Assembly (NCBI GenBank): GCA_964597695.1
Contig: CAZQZB010000004.1
Location: 14,001-78,000, forward strand
Origin: an uncultured Thalassospiraceae bacterium
GTDB taxonomy: Bacteria; Pseudomonadota; Alphaproteobacteria; Rhodospirillales; Casp-alpha2
Direction: 5' to 3'
Length of the DNA: 64,000 nucleotides
In this document: piece by piece, positions 9,230 to 18,879 of the stretch
Layout of the letters: the number at the start of each line of letters is the position of its first letter
Position numbering within the stretch: the first letter of the stretch is position 1
The notes under the pieces: model-generated
What the model saw: the letters and a program-made list of their open reading frames with translations, nothing else
The model's database searches: none
Told to the model about the DNA's origin: nothing
Translations under genes and position numbers: made by a program

Positions 9230-9359
9230 AAAATAAAACGATTTGTTTTTTTAATACGTCCTAGCTCCCTTCAAACAAACGCCTTGTTCTCATAAGGACA
9301 AGGTGGACTTTACCAGCAAGCCGCCCCTGGGCCAGTTCCGAGCGCCCGATTTGCCGCCC

Positions 9360-9388
9360 CTTGAACGCGCCGTTTTATAAACCTAAAT
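9360..9388 (+). promoter_or_regulatory. candidate RpoH (sigma-32) promoter for hslVU
   Basis: CTTGAA-N16-CCTAAAT lies about 90 nt upstream of the hslV ATG. It resembles the alphaproteobacterial sigma-32 consensus CTTGAA-N16/17-CYTATNT with one mismatch in the -10. hslVU are classical heat-shock genes. Confidence 0.3.
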
Positions 9389-9477
9389 CTGTCGTTATAG
9401 TCCCCATGTATAGCCCCAGGGCAGCCGCACCCCAGAGCCGGCCTGGAAGCGCAATCATTCCTGTCGATAGGGTATTT

Positions 9478-10026
9478 ATGGACCACAAAAACGAGAAATC
9501 CTGGTACGGCACCACTGTTTTGGCCGTCCGCAAGGGCAAGCAGGTGGTGGTAGCCGGCGACGGGCAGGTGAGCATCGGCGGCACCGTAATCAAGTCGGGC
9601 GCCCGCAAGGTCCGCCGTCTCGGCGACGGCAAGGTGATCGCCGGGTTCGCCGGCGCCACTGCGGACGCGTTCACGTTGTTCGAGCGCCTGGAAGCCAAGC
9701 TCGAACAGTATCCCGGACAGTTGACCCGGGCGTCCGTCGAACTAGCCAAGGATTGGCGGACGGACCGCTATCTGAGGCGCCTGGAAGCGATGATGGCGGT
9801 CTCCGACACTGACGTTTCACTGGTGTTAACCGGTACCGGCGATGTCTTGGAACCCGATGACGGGCTGATCGGTATCGGGTCGGGCGGCAACTACGCCCTG
9901 GCCGCGGCCAGGGCGTTGATGGGGCAAAAGGGCCTCAGCGCCGAGGACCTGGCCCGCAAGGCGTTGGAGATCGCCGCCGGCATCTGCGTCTACACCAATA
10001 CCAACGTGACCATCGAAATCCTATGA
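9478..10026 (+). CDS. hslV: ATP-dependent protease subunit HslV
   Basis: Track ORF 9361..10026. The start was moved to ATG 9478 ([32 protein letters not shown]...), which places the catalytic Thr region of HslV in its usual position. Confidence 0.95.
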   Translation: MDHKNEKSWYGTTVLAVRKGKQVVVAGDGQVSIGGTVIKSGARKVRRLGDGKVIAGFAGATADAFTLFERLEAKLEQYPGQLTRASVELAKDWRTDRYLRRLEAMMAVSDTDVSLVLTGTGDVLEPDDGLIGIGSGGNYALAAARALMGQKGLSAEDLARKALEIAAGICVYTNTNVTIEIL

Positions 10027-11342
10027 CCGAGACCCCCAGCTTCACCCCGCGCGAAATCGTTTCCGAACTGGACCGCCACATCGTCGGCCAGGACGACGCC
10101 AAGCGCGCTGTCGCCATTGCGCTCCGCAACCGCTGGCGGCGCCAGCAACTCGACGAAACCATGAAAGAAGAGATCCTGCCCAAGAACATTCTGATGATTG
10201 GTCCAACCGGCGTCGGCAAGACCGAAATCGCAAGGCGCCTGGCGAAGTTGGCGCAGGCGCCCTTTATTAAGGTCGAGGCAACGAAGTTCACCGAGGTCGG
10301 TTACGTCGGCCGCGATGTCGAACAGATCATCCGCGACCTGGTGGAGTTCGCCATCCACATGACCCGCGGCAGGCACCGCAAGCGCGTCACCGCCAAGGCC
10401 GAGCTGCAGGCCGAAGGCCGGGTCATCGAGGCCCTGGTCGGCGAGGACGCCAACGAGGACACACGCGAGAAATTCCGCCGCATGTTGCGTGACGGGCAAC
10501 TGGACGACAAGGAGATCGAGATCACCATCGCTGATAGCGGCTCCATGAGCTTGCCGACCATCGATATTCCCGGCATGCCCGGCTCGCAGATGGGCATGAT
10601 CAACCTCAACGAGATGCTGGGAAAAGCCTTCGGCGCGCCGCAGAAAACCAAGAAAATGACGGTGGAGGAATCATATGAGCTGCTGTTGGCCGACGAGGCT
10701 GACAAGTTGCTCAACGAGGACCGGATCGTCCGAGAAGCCATTGAGGCAGCAGAAAACAACGGCATCGTGTTCCTTGACGAGATTGACAAGATCACCGTCC
10801 GGTCCGAACGCATCGGCGCCGACATCAGCCGCGAAGGGGTGCAGCGAGACTTGTTGCCATTGATCGAGGGCACCCCGGTGGCGACCAAGCATGGCACCGT
10901 CAAGACCGACCACATCCTATTCATCGCGTCGGGCGCCTTCCATATTTCCAAGCCGTCGGACATGCTGCCGGAACTTCAGGGTCGGCTGCCAATCCGAGTC
11001 GAGCTCAAGGCGCTCTCCCGCAACGACTTCGTGCGCATCCTGACCGAGCCGGAGGCCAGCATGATCAAGCAGTACACGGCCCTGATGGGGGTCGAAAAGT
11101 TGACCCTGGAGTTAACCGATGATGCGGTCGGTGAAATCGCCGACCTGGCGGTCGAGATCAACTCAGGGGTCGAGAACATTGGCGCCCGCCGCCTCCATAC
11201 GGTGATGGAAAAGCTGGTCGAGGAGATCAGCTTCACGGCGTCGGAAAGAAGCGGCGAAGTGGTGACCCTGGAAGCCAAGGACGTCCGCGAACGGGTCGGC
11301 GACCTGGCCAAGGACGCGGACCTGAGGAAGTTTATTCTTTGA
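10023..11342 (+). CDS. hslU: ATP-dependent protease ATPase subunit HslU
   Basis: 439 aa. Features are [33 protein letters not shown], Walker [16 protein letters not shown], and [10 protein letters not shown]. Confidence 0.97.
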   Translation: MTETPSFTPREIVSELDRHIVGQDDAKRAVAIALRNRWRRQQLDETMKEEILPKNILMIGPTGVGKTEIARRLAKLAQAPFIKVEATKFTEVGYVGRDVEQIIRDLVEFAIHMTRGRHRKRVTAKAELQAEGRVIEALVGEDANEDTREKFRRMLRDGQLDDKEIEITIADSGSMSLPTIDIPGMPGSQMGMINLNEMLGKAFGAPQKTKKMTVEESYELLLADEADKLLNEDRIVREAIEAAENNGIVFLDEIDKITVRSERIGADISREGVQRDLLPLIEGTPVATKHGTVKTDHILFIASGAFHISKPSDMLPELQGRLPIRVELKALSRNDFVRILTEPEASMIKQYTALMGVEKLTLELTDDAVGEIADLAVEINSGVENIGARRLHTVMEKLVEEISFTASERSGEVVTLEAKDVRERVGDLAKDADLRKFIL

Positions 11343-11473
11343 TTCGCCCCTAAATCCCCGGGAGGGTTTGTCCCACACCCTTGGCTTTCCTCGCCTTAGC
11401 TCGGGCGCGCAGTCGCGTTTTAACGGCTTTTATAAGGCGCTCATAAGACCCGTTGGAAAAAGATAGCCTACTT

Positions 11474-11860
11474 TCAGTGAGTCGGGCCTTCCTTGTCCCT
11501 GGCCCCCAGCCGGCCGCGGATTTCGTGGAGAATCCACTCAATGGTGTCTTCATCCATGTCGTGAATGGCTTCGGCGAGCAGATTGGCCAGCTCCGTCGCC
11601 TTTGGGCTAAGCCCGGCGGTATCGACGACGACCCGGGGATGGGATAGTTCGGCCAAGCGCGTTAATTCCTCCGCCTCGTCCCACATGAGACCGAAATAAC
11701 CGCAGATCTGCTGGATCAGGCCGGACCCGGGGCGGCCCCGGCGTCCGTGCTCCAGGGCGGAAAAGTAGGCCGACGATACGCCTAGGTCTTCGGCCATTTT
11801 CTTCAACGACAAGCCTTGCTTGGCCCGGTATTCGCGGATCTTGGTTCCGAACGGCGTCAT
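11474..11860 (-). CDS. XRE-family helix-turn-helix transcriptional regulator
   Basis: 128 aa. The N-terminal HTH is IREYRAKQGLSLKKMAEDLGVSSAYFSALEHGRRG. Its start overlaps the smr stop by 4 nt (ATGA), which suggests co-transcription. Confidence 0.8.
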   Translation of the reverse strand: MTPFGTKIREYRAKQGLSLKKMAEDLGVSSAYFSALEHGRRGRPGSGLIQQICGYFGLMWDEAEELTRLAELSHPRVVVDTAGLSPKATELANLLAEAIHDMDEDTIEWILHEIRGRLGARDKEGPTH

Positions 11861-12471
11861 TTTCGCCTCTTCAACAACACATACAGCGCGCCTAGGCCGC
11901 CGTCTTTCGGCGCGGCGTGGGAAAACGCCCGGATCATCCGCCGGTTGGGCTCGGCATTCAACCAGTTGGGCACCGAATCGCGCAAGACCCCTTCGCCTCG
12001 CGATCCCTTGCCGGTAATCACCAGCACCGAGCGCCGGCCAGCATCTCGCGCCCCTTGGAGGAAAACGTTCAAGGCTCGATGGGCTTCGGTCTGGGTCAGA
12101 CCATGTAGGTCGATGGTGGCGTCGATGTCCACCTGTCCGCGCCTGAGCCGCGTACGGGTGCGCCAGTCCAAGCCGGGGGCCTCGCCATGGCGGAGCTCGG
12201 GATCGGCCGGCGGTGGAGGGGGCGGCGGAGAGGGTGAGGCTCTTTTCCTTGCCGGCGCCTTTCCCGGCTTGGCCGCCGTCTCCGCCCTATCAGCGGCGGC
12301 GCCAGAGGGATCGCCTGAGGGGCCACTCCTAGATTCGCCCCGAGAAGTATCCTGGGGTTTGAGCGGCTTGACGTCGCGGGTGACCTGCCGCCAAAGCTTG
12401 TCTTCAGCGGGGGTTGGCGCCCGGTCCTGGGAATCGCCGGGCGGCGTATTACGGGAACGGGGTTTCTTCAT
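11857..12471 (-). CDS. Smr/MutS2-type small endonuclease domain protein
   Basis: 204 aa. The C-terminal Smr domain is IDLHGLTQTEAHRALNVFLQGARDAGRRSVLVITGKG, with a Pro-rich N-terminal half. Confidence 0.85.
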   Translation of the reverse strand: MKKPRSRNTPPGDSQDRAPTPAEDKLWRQVTRDVKPLKPQDTSRGESRSGPSGDPSGAAADRAETAAKPGKAPARKRASPSPPPPPPPADPELRHGEAPGLDWRTRTRLRRGQVDIDATIDLHGLTQTEAHRALNVFLQGARDAGRRSVLVITGKGSRGEGVLRDSVPNWLNAEPNRRMIRAFSHAAPKDGGLGALYVLLKRRK

Positions 12472-13159
12472 CGACGATCACTATATGAAGCCGATGGGGT
12501 CCGTGGGCGCCCAGCAACAACGTTTGTTCGATGTCGGCCGTGCGCGAAGGGCCGGTGATCCAGTTGACGGTGCGCGGCATGAAGCGGCCGTTGGTTTCCG
12601 TGTTTTCCTTCCTCATCCGCGCCCAGACTTCCTCGTAGTCGCCGACAATTTCCGCCGCCAAAACGATGATGATGTGCGTCGACGGCAGGAAGTTCAGCGT
12701 CGTCGGCGACCCCGGGCCAGACAGCAGGACCAAGGTGCCGGTCTCGGCGACGCCGGCGAAGGCGTGGCTGACGCAAGTGGAATCGGCGCCGGTAGCCCGC
12801 CTCTTCTCTAGGTTCAAGAGAGTTTGTTTCGTCCATGGAATAAACGGTTCCAAGGCCCCCGGAGCTACCTTTAGGGTTGTCGGCAGGTTGTTCTTGGTCA
12901 GGTACCGGGTGACCTCGCGGGGTACGCCGGAGACGCTTGAAACTCGGGCCAGGGTGGCGTTGACCTTTTCCGCTTCGCGGATGAAAAGATCGACCCGGGC
13001 CTTGGCGCCCAGCCGCCCGCGGGCCGGAATCAGGTTGGCCCGGTGATCGCCAAGCCGTTGCCGGGCCTTTTCGTTGTCTCCCCGGGCGATGGCGTCTGGG
13101 CGCTTGGCCCCGGCGAGGGCGCTCCTGACGGCGCTGAGGATTTCTTCGCGGGCGTTCAT
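12449..13159 (-). CDS. lutC: lactate utilization protein C (LUD domain)
   Basis: Track ORF 12449..13480. The start was moved to ATG 13159 (MNAREEILSAVRSAL...), which overlaps the lutB stop as ATGA. LUD-domain features are AGVAETGTLVL and LLGAHGPHRLHIVIV. Confidence 0.85.
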   Translation of the reverse strand: MNAREEILSAVRSALAGAKRPDAIARGDNEKARQRLGDHRANLIPARGRLGAKARVDLFIREAEKVNATLARVSSVSGVPREVTRYLTKNNLPTTLKVAPGALEPFIPWTKQTLLNLEKRRATGADSTCVSHAFAGVAETGTLVLLSGPGSPTTLNFLPSTHIIIVLAAEIVGDYEEVWARMRKENTETNGRFMPRTVNWITGPSRTADIEQTLLLGAHGPHRLHIVIVDEETPFP

Positions 13160-14586
13160 ATCCGTCCGCCCCGGCGGCGCGCCTTGTGCCATTGGGCGAC
13201 AAAGGTCCCGCCCTCCGGGGCCGGAAAATCGCGGAGCTTCGTCCACCCGCTGGCCAGCGGCAAATAACGAAACCTGCCCCGGGCGCGGCCGAGGTAGGCC
13301 AAGGCGGCGATGGCCGGCCTGGTGACCATCCGGTAAAGCCACGATCGGCGGGCCAGGAAAGCCCAGGCCTTGATGCCGGCGCGCGCGGCTGCTGAATTCA
13401 TTTCCTGTTCGAATTGCCGTTGCCGCCAGGTCCTCAGCATCCGGGGCAGCGGGATGCGCACGGGGCAGACTGCTTCGCATTTACCGCAAAGGGTCGAGGC
13501 GTTGGGCAGGTCGCCGGTTTGATCGAGTCCAATAAGGTTGGGGATCAGCACGGCGCCCATGGGCCCGGAGTAGACCCAGCCGTAGGCGTGGCCGCCGACG
13601 GCTTTATAGACGGGGCATTGGTTGAGGCACGCCCCGCAGCGGATGCAACGGAGCATCTCGTGGAATTCGCCGCCCAGCATCTTGGTGCGGCCGTTGTCCA
13701 GCAGGACCACGTGGAATTCTTCGGGCCCGTCCAGGTCCTGGGGGCATTTCGGGCCGGTACAAAAAGTATTGTAGACGGACATTTCCTGGCCCGTCGCCGA
13801 GCGGGCGAGAATGCGCAGGATGGTGGTGGCGTCCTCTAGGGTAGGAACGATTTTTTCGATGCTGGCGACGACGATATGCACCCGGGGCAGAGAGCAGGTC
13901 AGGTCGGCGTTGCCTTCGTTGGTGACCAGCACCGTGGAGCCGGTTTCTGCGATCAGCATGTTGGCCCCTGTCAGTCCAACATCGGCGCCGATGAATTTCG
14001 GCCTCAGTTCGCTTCGGGCTTCCTCCAGCAGGGTGCGGGGTTCCTGCAATTTCCGGTTCGGGGGTAGGGTCTTGTGCTTTTCCCGGAAGGTGTCGGCGAC
14101 CTGTTCCATGGACAGATGGATGGCGGGAGCTATGATGTGGCTCGGCGGCTCTTGGCGAAGCTGAATGATGTATTCCCCGAGGTCTGTTTCCACCGGCTCG
14201 ACGCCATGTTCCTCGAGGTGTTCGTTGATGGCGATTTCCTCGCCAATCATGGACTTGCTTTTGGTGATCGTCTTCGCCCCTGCCTTGCGGCAAATGCCTA
14301 GGATCGCCGTCCGCGCCTCGGCCGCGTCCCGGCACCAGTGAACGGCGGCGCCAAGCCCGATGACTTTGGCCTCGAATTCCTCGAGGTAGAAATCCAGGTT
14401 GGCAAGGACGTGGTCCTTGATGTCCCGGGCCTCGTCGCGCAGGGCCTCGAACTCGGGTAGCCGGGCCGCAGCTTCGAGCCTTTTCACCGGAAACCCACCA
14501 GCGAGCCGGGAAAGGGCGTCCTGCAGCTTGGAATTCGCTAAAGCCTCACGGGCGTTGGCTTCAAAGGTATCGGCGGTCGATTCCAC
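13156..14586 (-). CDS. lutB: lactate utilization iron-sulfur protein LutB
   Basis: Track ORF 13156..14634. GTG 14586 is preferred because AGAGGA lies 8 nt upstream and it is just past the lutA stop. Two 4Fe-4S motifs are present (CIRCGACLNQCP and CGKCEAVCP). Confidence 0.9.
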   Translation of the reverse strand: MESTADTFEANAREALANSKLQDALSRLAGGFPVKRLEAAARLPEFEALRDEARDIKDHVLANLDFYLEEFEAKVIGLGAAVHWCRDAAEARTAILGICRKAGAKTITKSKSMIGEEIAINEHLEEHGVEPVETDLGEYIIQLRQEPPSHIIAPAIHLSMEQVADTFREKHKTLPPNRKLQEPRTLLEEARSELRPKFIGADVGLTGANMLIAETGSTVLVTNEGNADLTCSLPRVHIVVASIEKIVPTLEDATTILRILARSATGQEMSVYNTFCTGPKCPQDLDGPEEFHVVLLDNGRTKMLGGEFHEMLRCIRCGACLNQCPVYKAVGGHAYGWVYSGPMGAVLIPNLIGLDQTGDLPNASTLCGKCEAVCPVRIPLPRMLRTWRQRQFEQEMNSAAARAGIKAWAFLARRSWLYRMVTRPAIAALAYLGRARGRFRYLPLASGWTKLRDFPAPEGGTFVAQWHKARRRGGRI

Positions 14587-14602
14587 CTGTTTCAGTCCTC
14601 TT

Positions 14603-15397
14603 TCACTCGCCGTCTTCGGCGGCGGGAGCCCCAATCGGCGGCCCGGCGGTGATGCCGGACAGGACTTCGGCGATGTGGCGGACTTGCATGTTCGAACCCC
14701 GGCGTTGCAGACGGCCGGCTATATTCATTAAACAGCCGAGGTCACCGCCAAGCAACGTATCGGCGCCGGTGGCGACGATATCGTCCACTTTGGCGTCAAC
14801 CATTCGTCCCGATATATCCGGGTATTTGACACAGAACAACCCGCCAAACCCACAGCAGGCTTCGTTTTCCTTGCATTCGCTTAGGGTCAACCCATTGACT
14901 TTGCCTAAAAGAGCGCGGGGTTGGTCCTTGATCCCCATCTCGCGGAGGCTGGAGCATGAATCGTGGTAGGTGGCGGCGGCGGAGTATTTGGTTTCGATCC
15001 ATTTATAATCAACAACATCGGTCAGAAACGAAACCAATTCATGGGTTTTGGCCGCCAGTTCTTTTGCCTGTTGGGCCAGCGCTGGTTCGCCGTCGAAAAG
15101 CCGGGGAAAGTGGAGTTTGATCATGCCGGCGCAGGAACCCGACGGCACGACCACATAGTCGAAATCACGAAACGCCTGAATGACTTTTTTGGCGATCGCC
15201 AGGGCGTCGGCATTGTTGCCGGAATTGTATGCCGGTTGCCCGCAACAGGCCTGGGCCTTCGGAACCGAAACCCGGCACCCGGCGTTTTCCAGCAATTTGA
15301 CCGCGGCGAAACCGACCGACGGGCGTGTCAGATCCACCAGACAGGTGGCGAACAGGCCGACATGGATCGGCGCGGCGGCACGTTCGGTAGGCATCAT
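14603..15397 (-). CDS. lutA: lactate utilization protein A, (Fe-S)-binding CCG-domain oxidoreductase
   Basis: 264 aa with two cysteine-rich CCG-type repeats (CCGQPAYNSG and CCGFGGLF). It is first in a lutA-lutB-lutC arrangement. Confidence 0.9.
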   Translation of the reverse strand: MMPTERAAAPIHVGLFATCLVDLTRPSVGFAAVKLLENAGCRVSVPKAQACCGQPAYNSGNNADALAIAKKVIQAFRDFDYVVVPSGSCAGMIKLHFPRLFDGEPALAQQAKELAAKTHELVSFLTDVVDYKWIETKYSAAATYHDSCSSLREMGIKDQPRALLGKVNGLTLSECKENEACCGFGGLFCVKYPDISGRMVDAKVDDIVATGADTLLGGDLGCLMNIAGRLQRRGSNMQVRHIAEVLSGITAGPPIGAPAAEDGE

Positions 15398-15449
15398 CGG
15401 AGAATGGGCGTTTCAGCCTTTAAAGGCAAGGCACGTCAATAAGCCGATT

Positions 15450-16640
15450 TTAAAGGGCGGCCTTTTTCGGCAACAGCAAATAATAAGACCCCTTTTCCTT
15501 CATCTGGCCCGCCCCAATTCCAGCGGCGGCGCCGTATCCGAAGAATAGGTCGCCCCGGACCGGTCCTTTAATGGCGCTGCCGGTATCCTGGGCTACAACC
15601 AAGCGGCGAAGCGGCTTGTCGGACTTCCCTGGCGCCGTCGTGTTCAACCAGACAGGCGTGCCCAATGGAACGAACGTCCTGTCGACGGCAAGGCTTCGGC
15701 CCGGCGTCAACAAGACGCCCTGGGCGCCGACGGGGCCGTCTCCTTTCACGACCCGGAAAAAGATAAAGGATTTGTTTCGCTCCATCATCGAGGTGCCGGC
15801 GAGGGGATTGGCGTCGAGCCACGCCCGGATGGACTGGAGGGAAACCTTGTCCGTCGAAATCGCTCCCTCGGCCACCAGTTCACGCCCGATGGGCGTGTAG
15901 GGGCGGCCATTGCGCCCGGCATAACCGATCCGCACCATCGATCCGTCAGGCAGCACCACACGGCCCGAACCCTGGATGTGAAGGAAGAAGGCGTCGATGG
16001 CGTTGTCCACCCATAACAATTCCAGCTGCCGTCCCTTGAGGGCGCCCTTGGCGATGTCGGCCCGAGTCGCAAAGGGAACGACTTTGTCGTCGGCGACCCG
16101 TCCGGCAAGGTGGCGGCCTTTCCATTTCGGGTTGAATTTGCCAAGATCGACGGAAACAAGATCCTTCGGCCGTGCATAAATGGGGTGGCGGTAGACTGGG
16201 CTCGACTGCCAGGCGCCTCGAAGTTCGGGTTCATAGTAGCCCGTGAACAGGCCGGAAGATTTGGTGACGTTGTGGGCCAGATAGGGGTTAAAACGCGATT
16301 CGAAAAAGTAACGGGCTTCCATTCGGTTGCCGGGACGGATTAAGGCGGCGTCGGCACAGATCGAAAGCCAGTCCGAAACGCGGCCCTGTACCGACTTGGG
16401 GCCAAAGTTACTTTCAGGAGGCAGGCTTTGGAGCTTTTCACAGGACCCGAGAAACGCCCCCAAGGCTTCGCTTTGGTCGTCTCCCTTCCATCCCAAAAGT
16501 TTTTCGAAGCGGGTGGCGTCAAGCCGCAGGTGCGGGGTCGCAGGGTCCACCGTCGCTTGCTCTGGAATAACCCGGGCCCCGCAGGCCGCGAGAACGGAAA
16601 GAAAAACCGCCACCTTCAGCGGAATCAGAAATTTCCTCAA
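15450..16640 (-). CDS. mltA: murein transglycosylase A
   Basis: Track ORF 15450..16736. TTG 16640 is preferred, giving (M)RKFLIPLKVAVFLSVLAACG (lipoprotein signal). It lies just downstream of the Tim44-like stop and a GGAAGG Shine-Dalgarno. MltA and 3D-domain features are present (YYEPELRG..., DTGSAIKGPVRGDLFFG). Confidence 0.9.
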   Translation of the reverse strand: MRKFLIPLKVAVFLSVLAACGARVIPEQATVDPATPHLRLDATRFEKLLGWKGDDQSEALGAFLGSCEKLQSLPPESNFGPKSVQGRVSDWLSICADAALIRPGNRMEARYFFESRFNPYLAHNVTKSSGLFTGYYEPELRGAWQSSPVYRHPIYARPKDLVSVDLGKFNPKWKGRHLAGRVADDKVVPFATRADIAKGALKGRQLELLWVDNAIDAFFLHIQGSGRVVLPDGSMVRIGYAGRNGRPYTPIGRELVAEGAISTDKVSLQSIRAWLDANPLAGTSMMERNKSFIFFRVVKGDGPVGAQGVLLTPGRSLAVDRTFVPLGTPVWLNTTAPGKSDKPLRRLVVAQDTGSAIKGPVRGDLFFGYGAAAGIGAGQMKEKGSYYLLLPKKAAL

Positions 16641-16650
16641 GGCCTTCCGT

Positions 16651-17358
16651 TCAATCAAGGCTGCTTGTCGCGACGAGAGTCCAATTCGGATCGTGGGATT
16701 TGGTGTGGCGAGAAAAAGTCCAGAAATCGACGACATTGACTACGGCGTTGGGATCGCCGTCAACCACGTCGCCGTTTTCGTCGCGGGTTACGTTAATCTG
16801 TTCGCTGACAAACTTGACGTTTATATTCGCGGCTTTATCTTCCACAAAGGCCTCGACGATTTCTACCGATTTAATCCCGACCAGAGTGTCTTCCAGGGTT
16901 ATGCTAGTGTGTTCCCGTTCCCTGATCACCTGGGTGAAATTCGCGTAGACTTCGGGGCTCAACAGAGGCTTCAGGGTCTCTGAATCGCCTTGGGCATAGG
17001 CTCCCAGAATAAGCTCGAAGGCCATGCGGGAACCGGAAAGAAATTTCTCCGGCTGGAAACGGGGATCGATTTCCATAATCTCGGAAAGGGCCTGATATAA
17101 TTGTTCATCGTCTTCGTAGGCTTCCAAGGACGTGTTCCCTGAATCGTCTCCGCCGGAAAAGGATTTGCTGCGATCCGGAAGCTCTGCCACGTTATCGTCG
17201 GATTGATCGTCCTGATGTGCCTTGAATCGGTCACGGAGTTGACTTTTATGGCCGTCACGCCGGCCAAGGACGCTGCGAAGCCGCAACACCAAGAATGCCG
17301 CGATCATCGCAAAGAATATGATGTCGATGAATTGAAAGCCCTCGCCCATGGCTGTCAT
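16651..17358 (-). CDS. Tim44-domain membrane protein
   Basis: 235 aa. It has an N-terminal TM helix (FIDIIFFAMIAAFLVLRL) and a C-terminal Tim44-like domain. It is a conserved neighbour of fxsA-secB in alphaproteobacteria. Confidence 0.8.
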   Translation of the reverse strand: MTAMGEGFQFIDIIFFAMIAAFLVLRLRSVLGRRDGHKSQLRDRFKAHQDDQSDDNVAELPDRSKSFSGGDDSGNTSLEAYEDDEQLYQALSEIMEIDPRFQPEKFLSGSRMAFELILGAYAQGDSETLKPLLSPEVYANFTQVIREREHTSITLEDTLVGIKSVEIVEAFVEDKAANINVKFVSEQINVTRDENGDVVDGDPNAVVNVVDFWTFSRHTKSHDPNWTLVATSSLD

Positions 17359-17536
17359 AACTCACAAACCACGGGAAGTCTGCCGAGTGGACCACCAAGC
17401 ATCCCTGGGTTTAAATACTGGTTCACGCTCCAATACGTTAACGGCTAATGCCATTCAGGTCCATTAACCTGTTCGGCTAAATGAAATTCGTTGCCTTTCT
17501 CTTGGTAGATAGGCCGGCAAACCGGAAAGAGCAAGC

Positions 17537-18052
17537 ATGGGTGGCATTCTTCTTATCGCGCTGATCGTTGTCCCCATCGCCGAGATCGCCCTTTTTATCG
17601 AAGTCGGCGGTTTTCTAGGATTTTGGCCGACGATGAGCATTATCATTCTTACCGCCCTCGCCGGTACTGCGCTTTTGCGCCAGCAGGGCCTGACGGTATT
17701 GAGAAAGGCCCAGGCCAGTCTTGAGGAGAACCGTTTTCCCATCGATGTGGTATTCGACGGTCTTTGCTTGCTTGTCGCCGGCGCTCTTTTGTTGACGCCC
17801 GGTTTTTTCACCGACACGGTCGGCTTTATTTTATTCGTCCCCCTGGTGCGGGCAGCCCTCGGCAGGACCCTGGCCCAGCATCTGGCGGCCCGGGGAAGCG
17901 TGGAGATTGGTGCTCCCGGGTCTTTTTCCGGTCCCCGCCCGAAGAATGTCATCGATGGCGAATTCCAGGACATCACGCCGAACGGGGCCCCTCAAGGGGA
18001 CGGTCGGCGGAATGAGGACCCCGAAGACTCGCCTTCAAGTCCAAGGGGCTGA
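17537..18052 (+). CDS. fxsA: FxsA family membrane protein
   Basis: 171 aa. LLIALIVVPIAEIALFIEVGGFLG and LLLTPGFFTDTVGFILFVP are FxsA hallmarks. Confidence 0.85.
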   Translation: MGGILLIALIVVPIAEIALFIEVGGFLGFWPTMSIIILTALAGTALLRQQGLTVLRKAQASLEENRFPIDVVFDGLCLLVAGALLLTPGFFTDTVGFILFVPLVRAALGRTLAQHLAARGSVEIGAPGSFSGPRPKNVIDGEFQDITPNGAPQGDGRRNEDPEDSPSSPRG

Positions 18053-18138
18053 TCGGCGGCGGTGTCGTTTCGAAACAGTTGTTCCCCCAAGCAATTTGTG
18101 ATAGCCACAGGGCCACTTAGCCACCGGAAGAGAGAGTT

Positions 18139-18828
18139 ATGGCGAAGAAAAATTCCAAATCTGATATCGCCAAGGACGTTGACAAAGACCCGGACAAAAC
18201 AACCCCCGAGGGGGAAACAGCGATGGGCCCTCTCGACGGAGGAGACGGCGGCAATGGCGACGACGGCGCGGCGGCCAAAGGAAAAGCGGGCCAGGAAACC
18301 ATCGAACCGCAGATTGTTGTCAACGCCCAGTATACAAAAGATCTTTCTTTTGAGGCTCCTTTAGCACCGGGCATTTTCAGCGCCCTGCAAGATCAGCAGC
18401 CGGACATTTCTGTCAATATCAACGTCGGCGCCAACCTTCTTCAGGACAAAGTGTTCGAGGTAATCCTGGAAATCATTGCGGAGTGCAAGATCGAACAGCA
18501 GATCGGGTTTATTATTGAATTGGATTACGCCGGAATCTTTACCCTTAATGTACCGGACGAGCATTTACAGGCCGTTCTTTTGATCGAGTGCCCGCGGCTT
18601 GTTTTCCCGTTTGCCCGGAATATCCTTGCTGATGTTTCACGAGATGGTGGGTTCCCGCCGTTGATGTTGGGGCCGGTGGATTTCGCCGCCATGTTTCAGG
18701 CCAAGCTCCGAGAACTCGAACAAGCCGCCCAAGAAGACGAAGGCACCCCGGCCAGCCCCCCGACCAATACCCCGGCCAGCCCCCCGACCAATACCCCGGC
18801 CAGCCCCTCGGCCAGTCCCGCCAAATAA
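18139..18828 (+). CDS. secB: protein-export chaperone SecB with low-complexity N- and C-terminal extensions
   Basis: The core is IVVNAQYTKDLSFEAP...IECPRLVFPFARNILADVSRDGGFPPLMLGPVDF, which is SecB. About 55 aa of acidic/Gly-rich sequence precede the core (ATG 18223 is an alternative start). A Pro-rich repeat tail follows it. Confidence 0.9.
   Translation: MAKKNSKSDIAKDVDKDPDKTTPEGETAMGPLDGGDGGNGDDGAAAKGKAGQETIEPQIVVNAQYTKDLSFEAPLAPGIFSALQDQQPDISVNINVGANLLQDKVFEVILEIIAECKIEQQIGFIIELDYAGIFTLNVPDEHLQAVLLIECPRLVFPFARNILADVSRDGGFPPLMLGPVDFAAMFQAKLRELEQAAQEDEGTPASPPTNTPASPPTNTPASPSASPAK
18745..18810 (+). repeat. 24-bp tandem repeat (2.7 copies) encoding TPASPPTN repeats at the SecB C-terminus
   Basis: ACCCCGGCCAGCCCCCCGACCAAT occurs at 18745-18768 and identically at 18769-18792, followed by a diverged partial copy. 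The translation is TPASPPTNTPASPPTNTPASPSASP. Confidence 0.8.
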
Positions 18829-18879
18829 ACGAGACCCAAAGGATTTCGCCGAGGATTTAGTCTAAGATTCCATCCGACC

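Noticed and set aside
11816-12811. 331-aa plus-strand ORF, plus the 244-aa minus-strand ORF 12468..13202
   Set aside because: These are shadows of smr and lutC. Their low-complexity composition (runs of G, R and P) shows no domain signature. The lutC frame with its LUD-domain motifs and its ATGA overlap with lutB explains the region.
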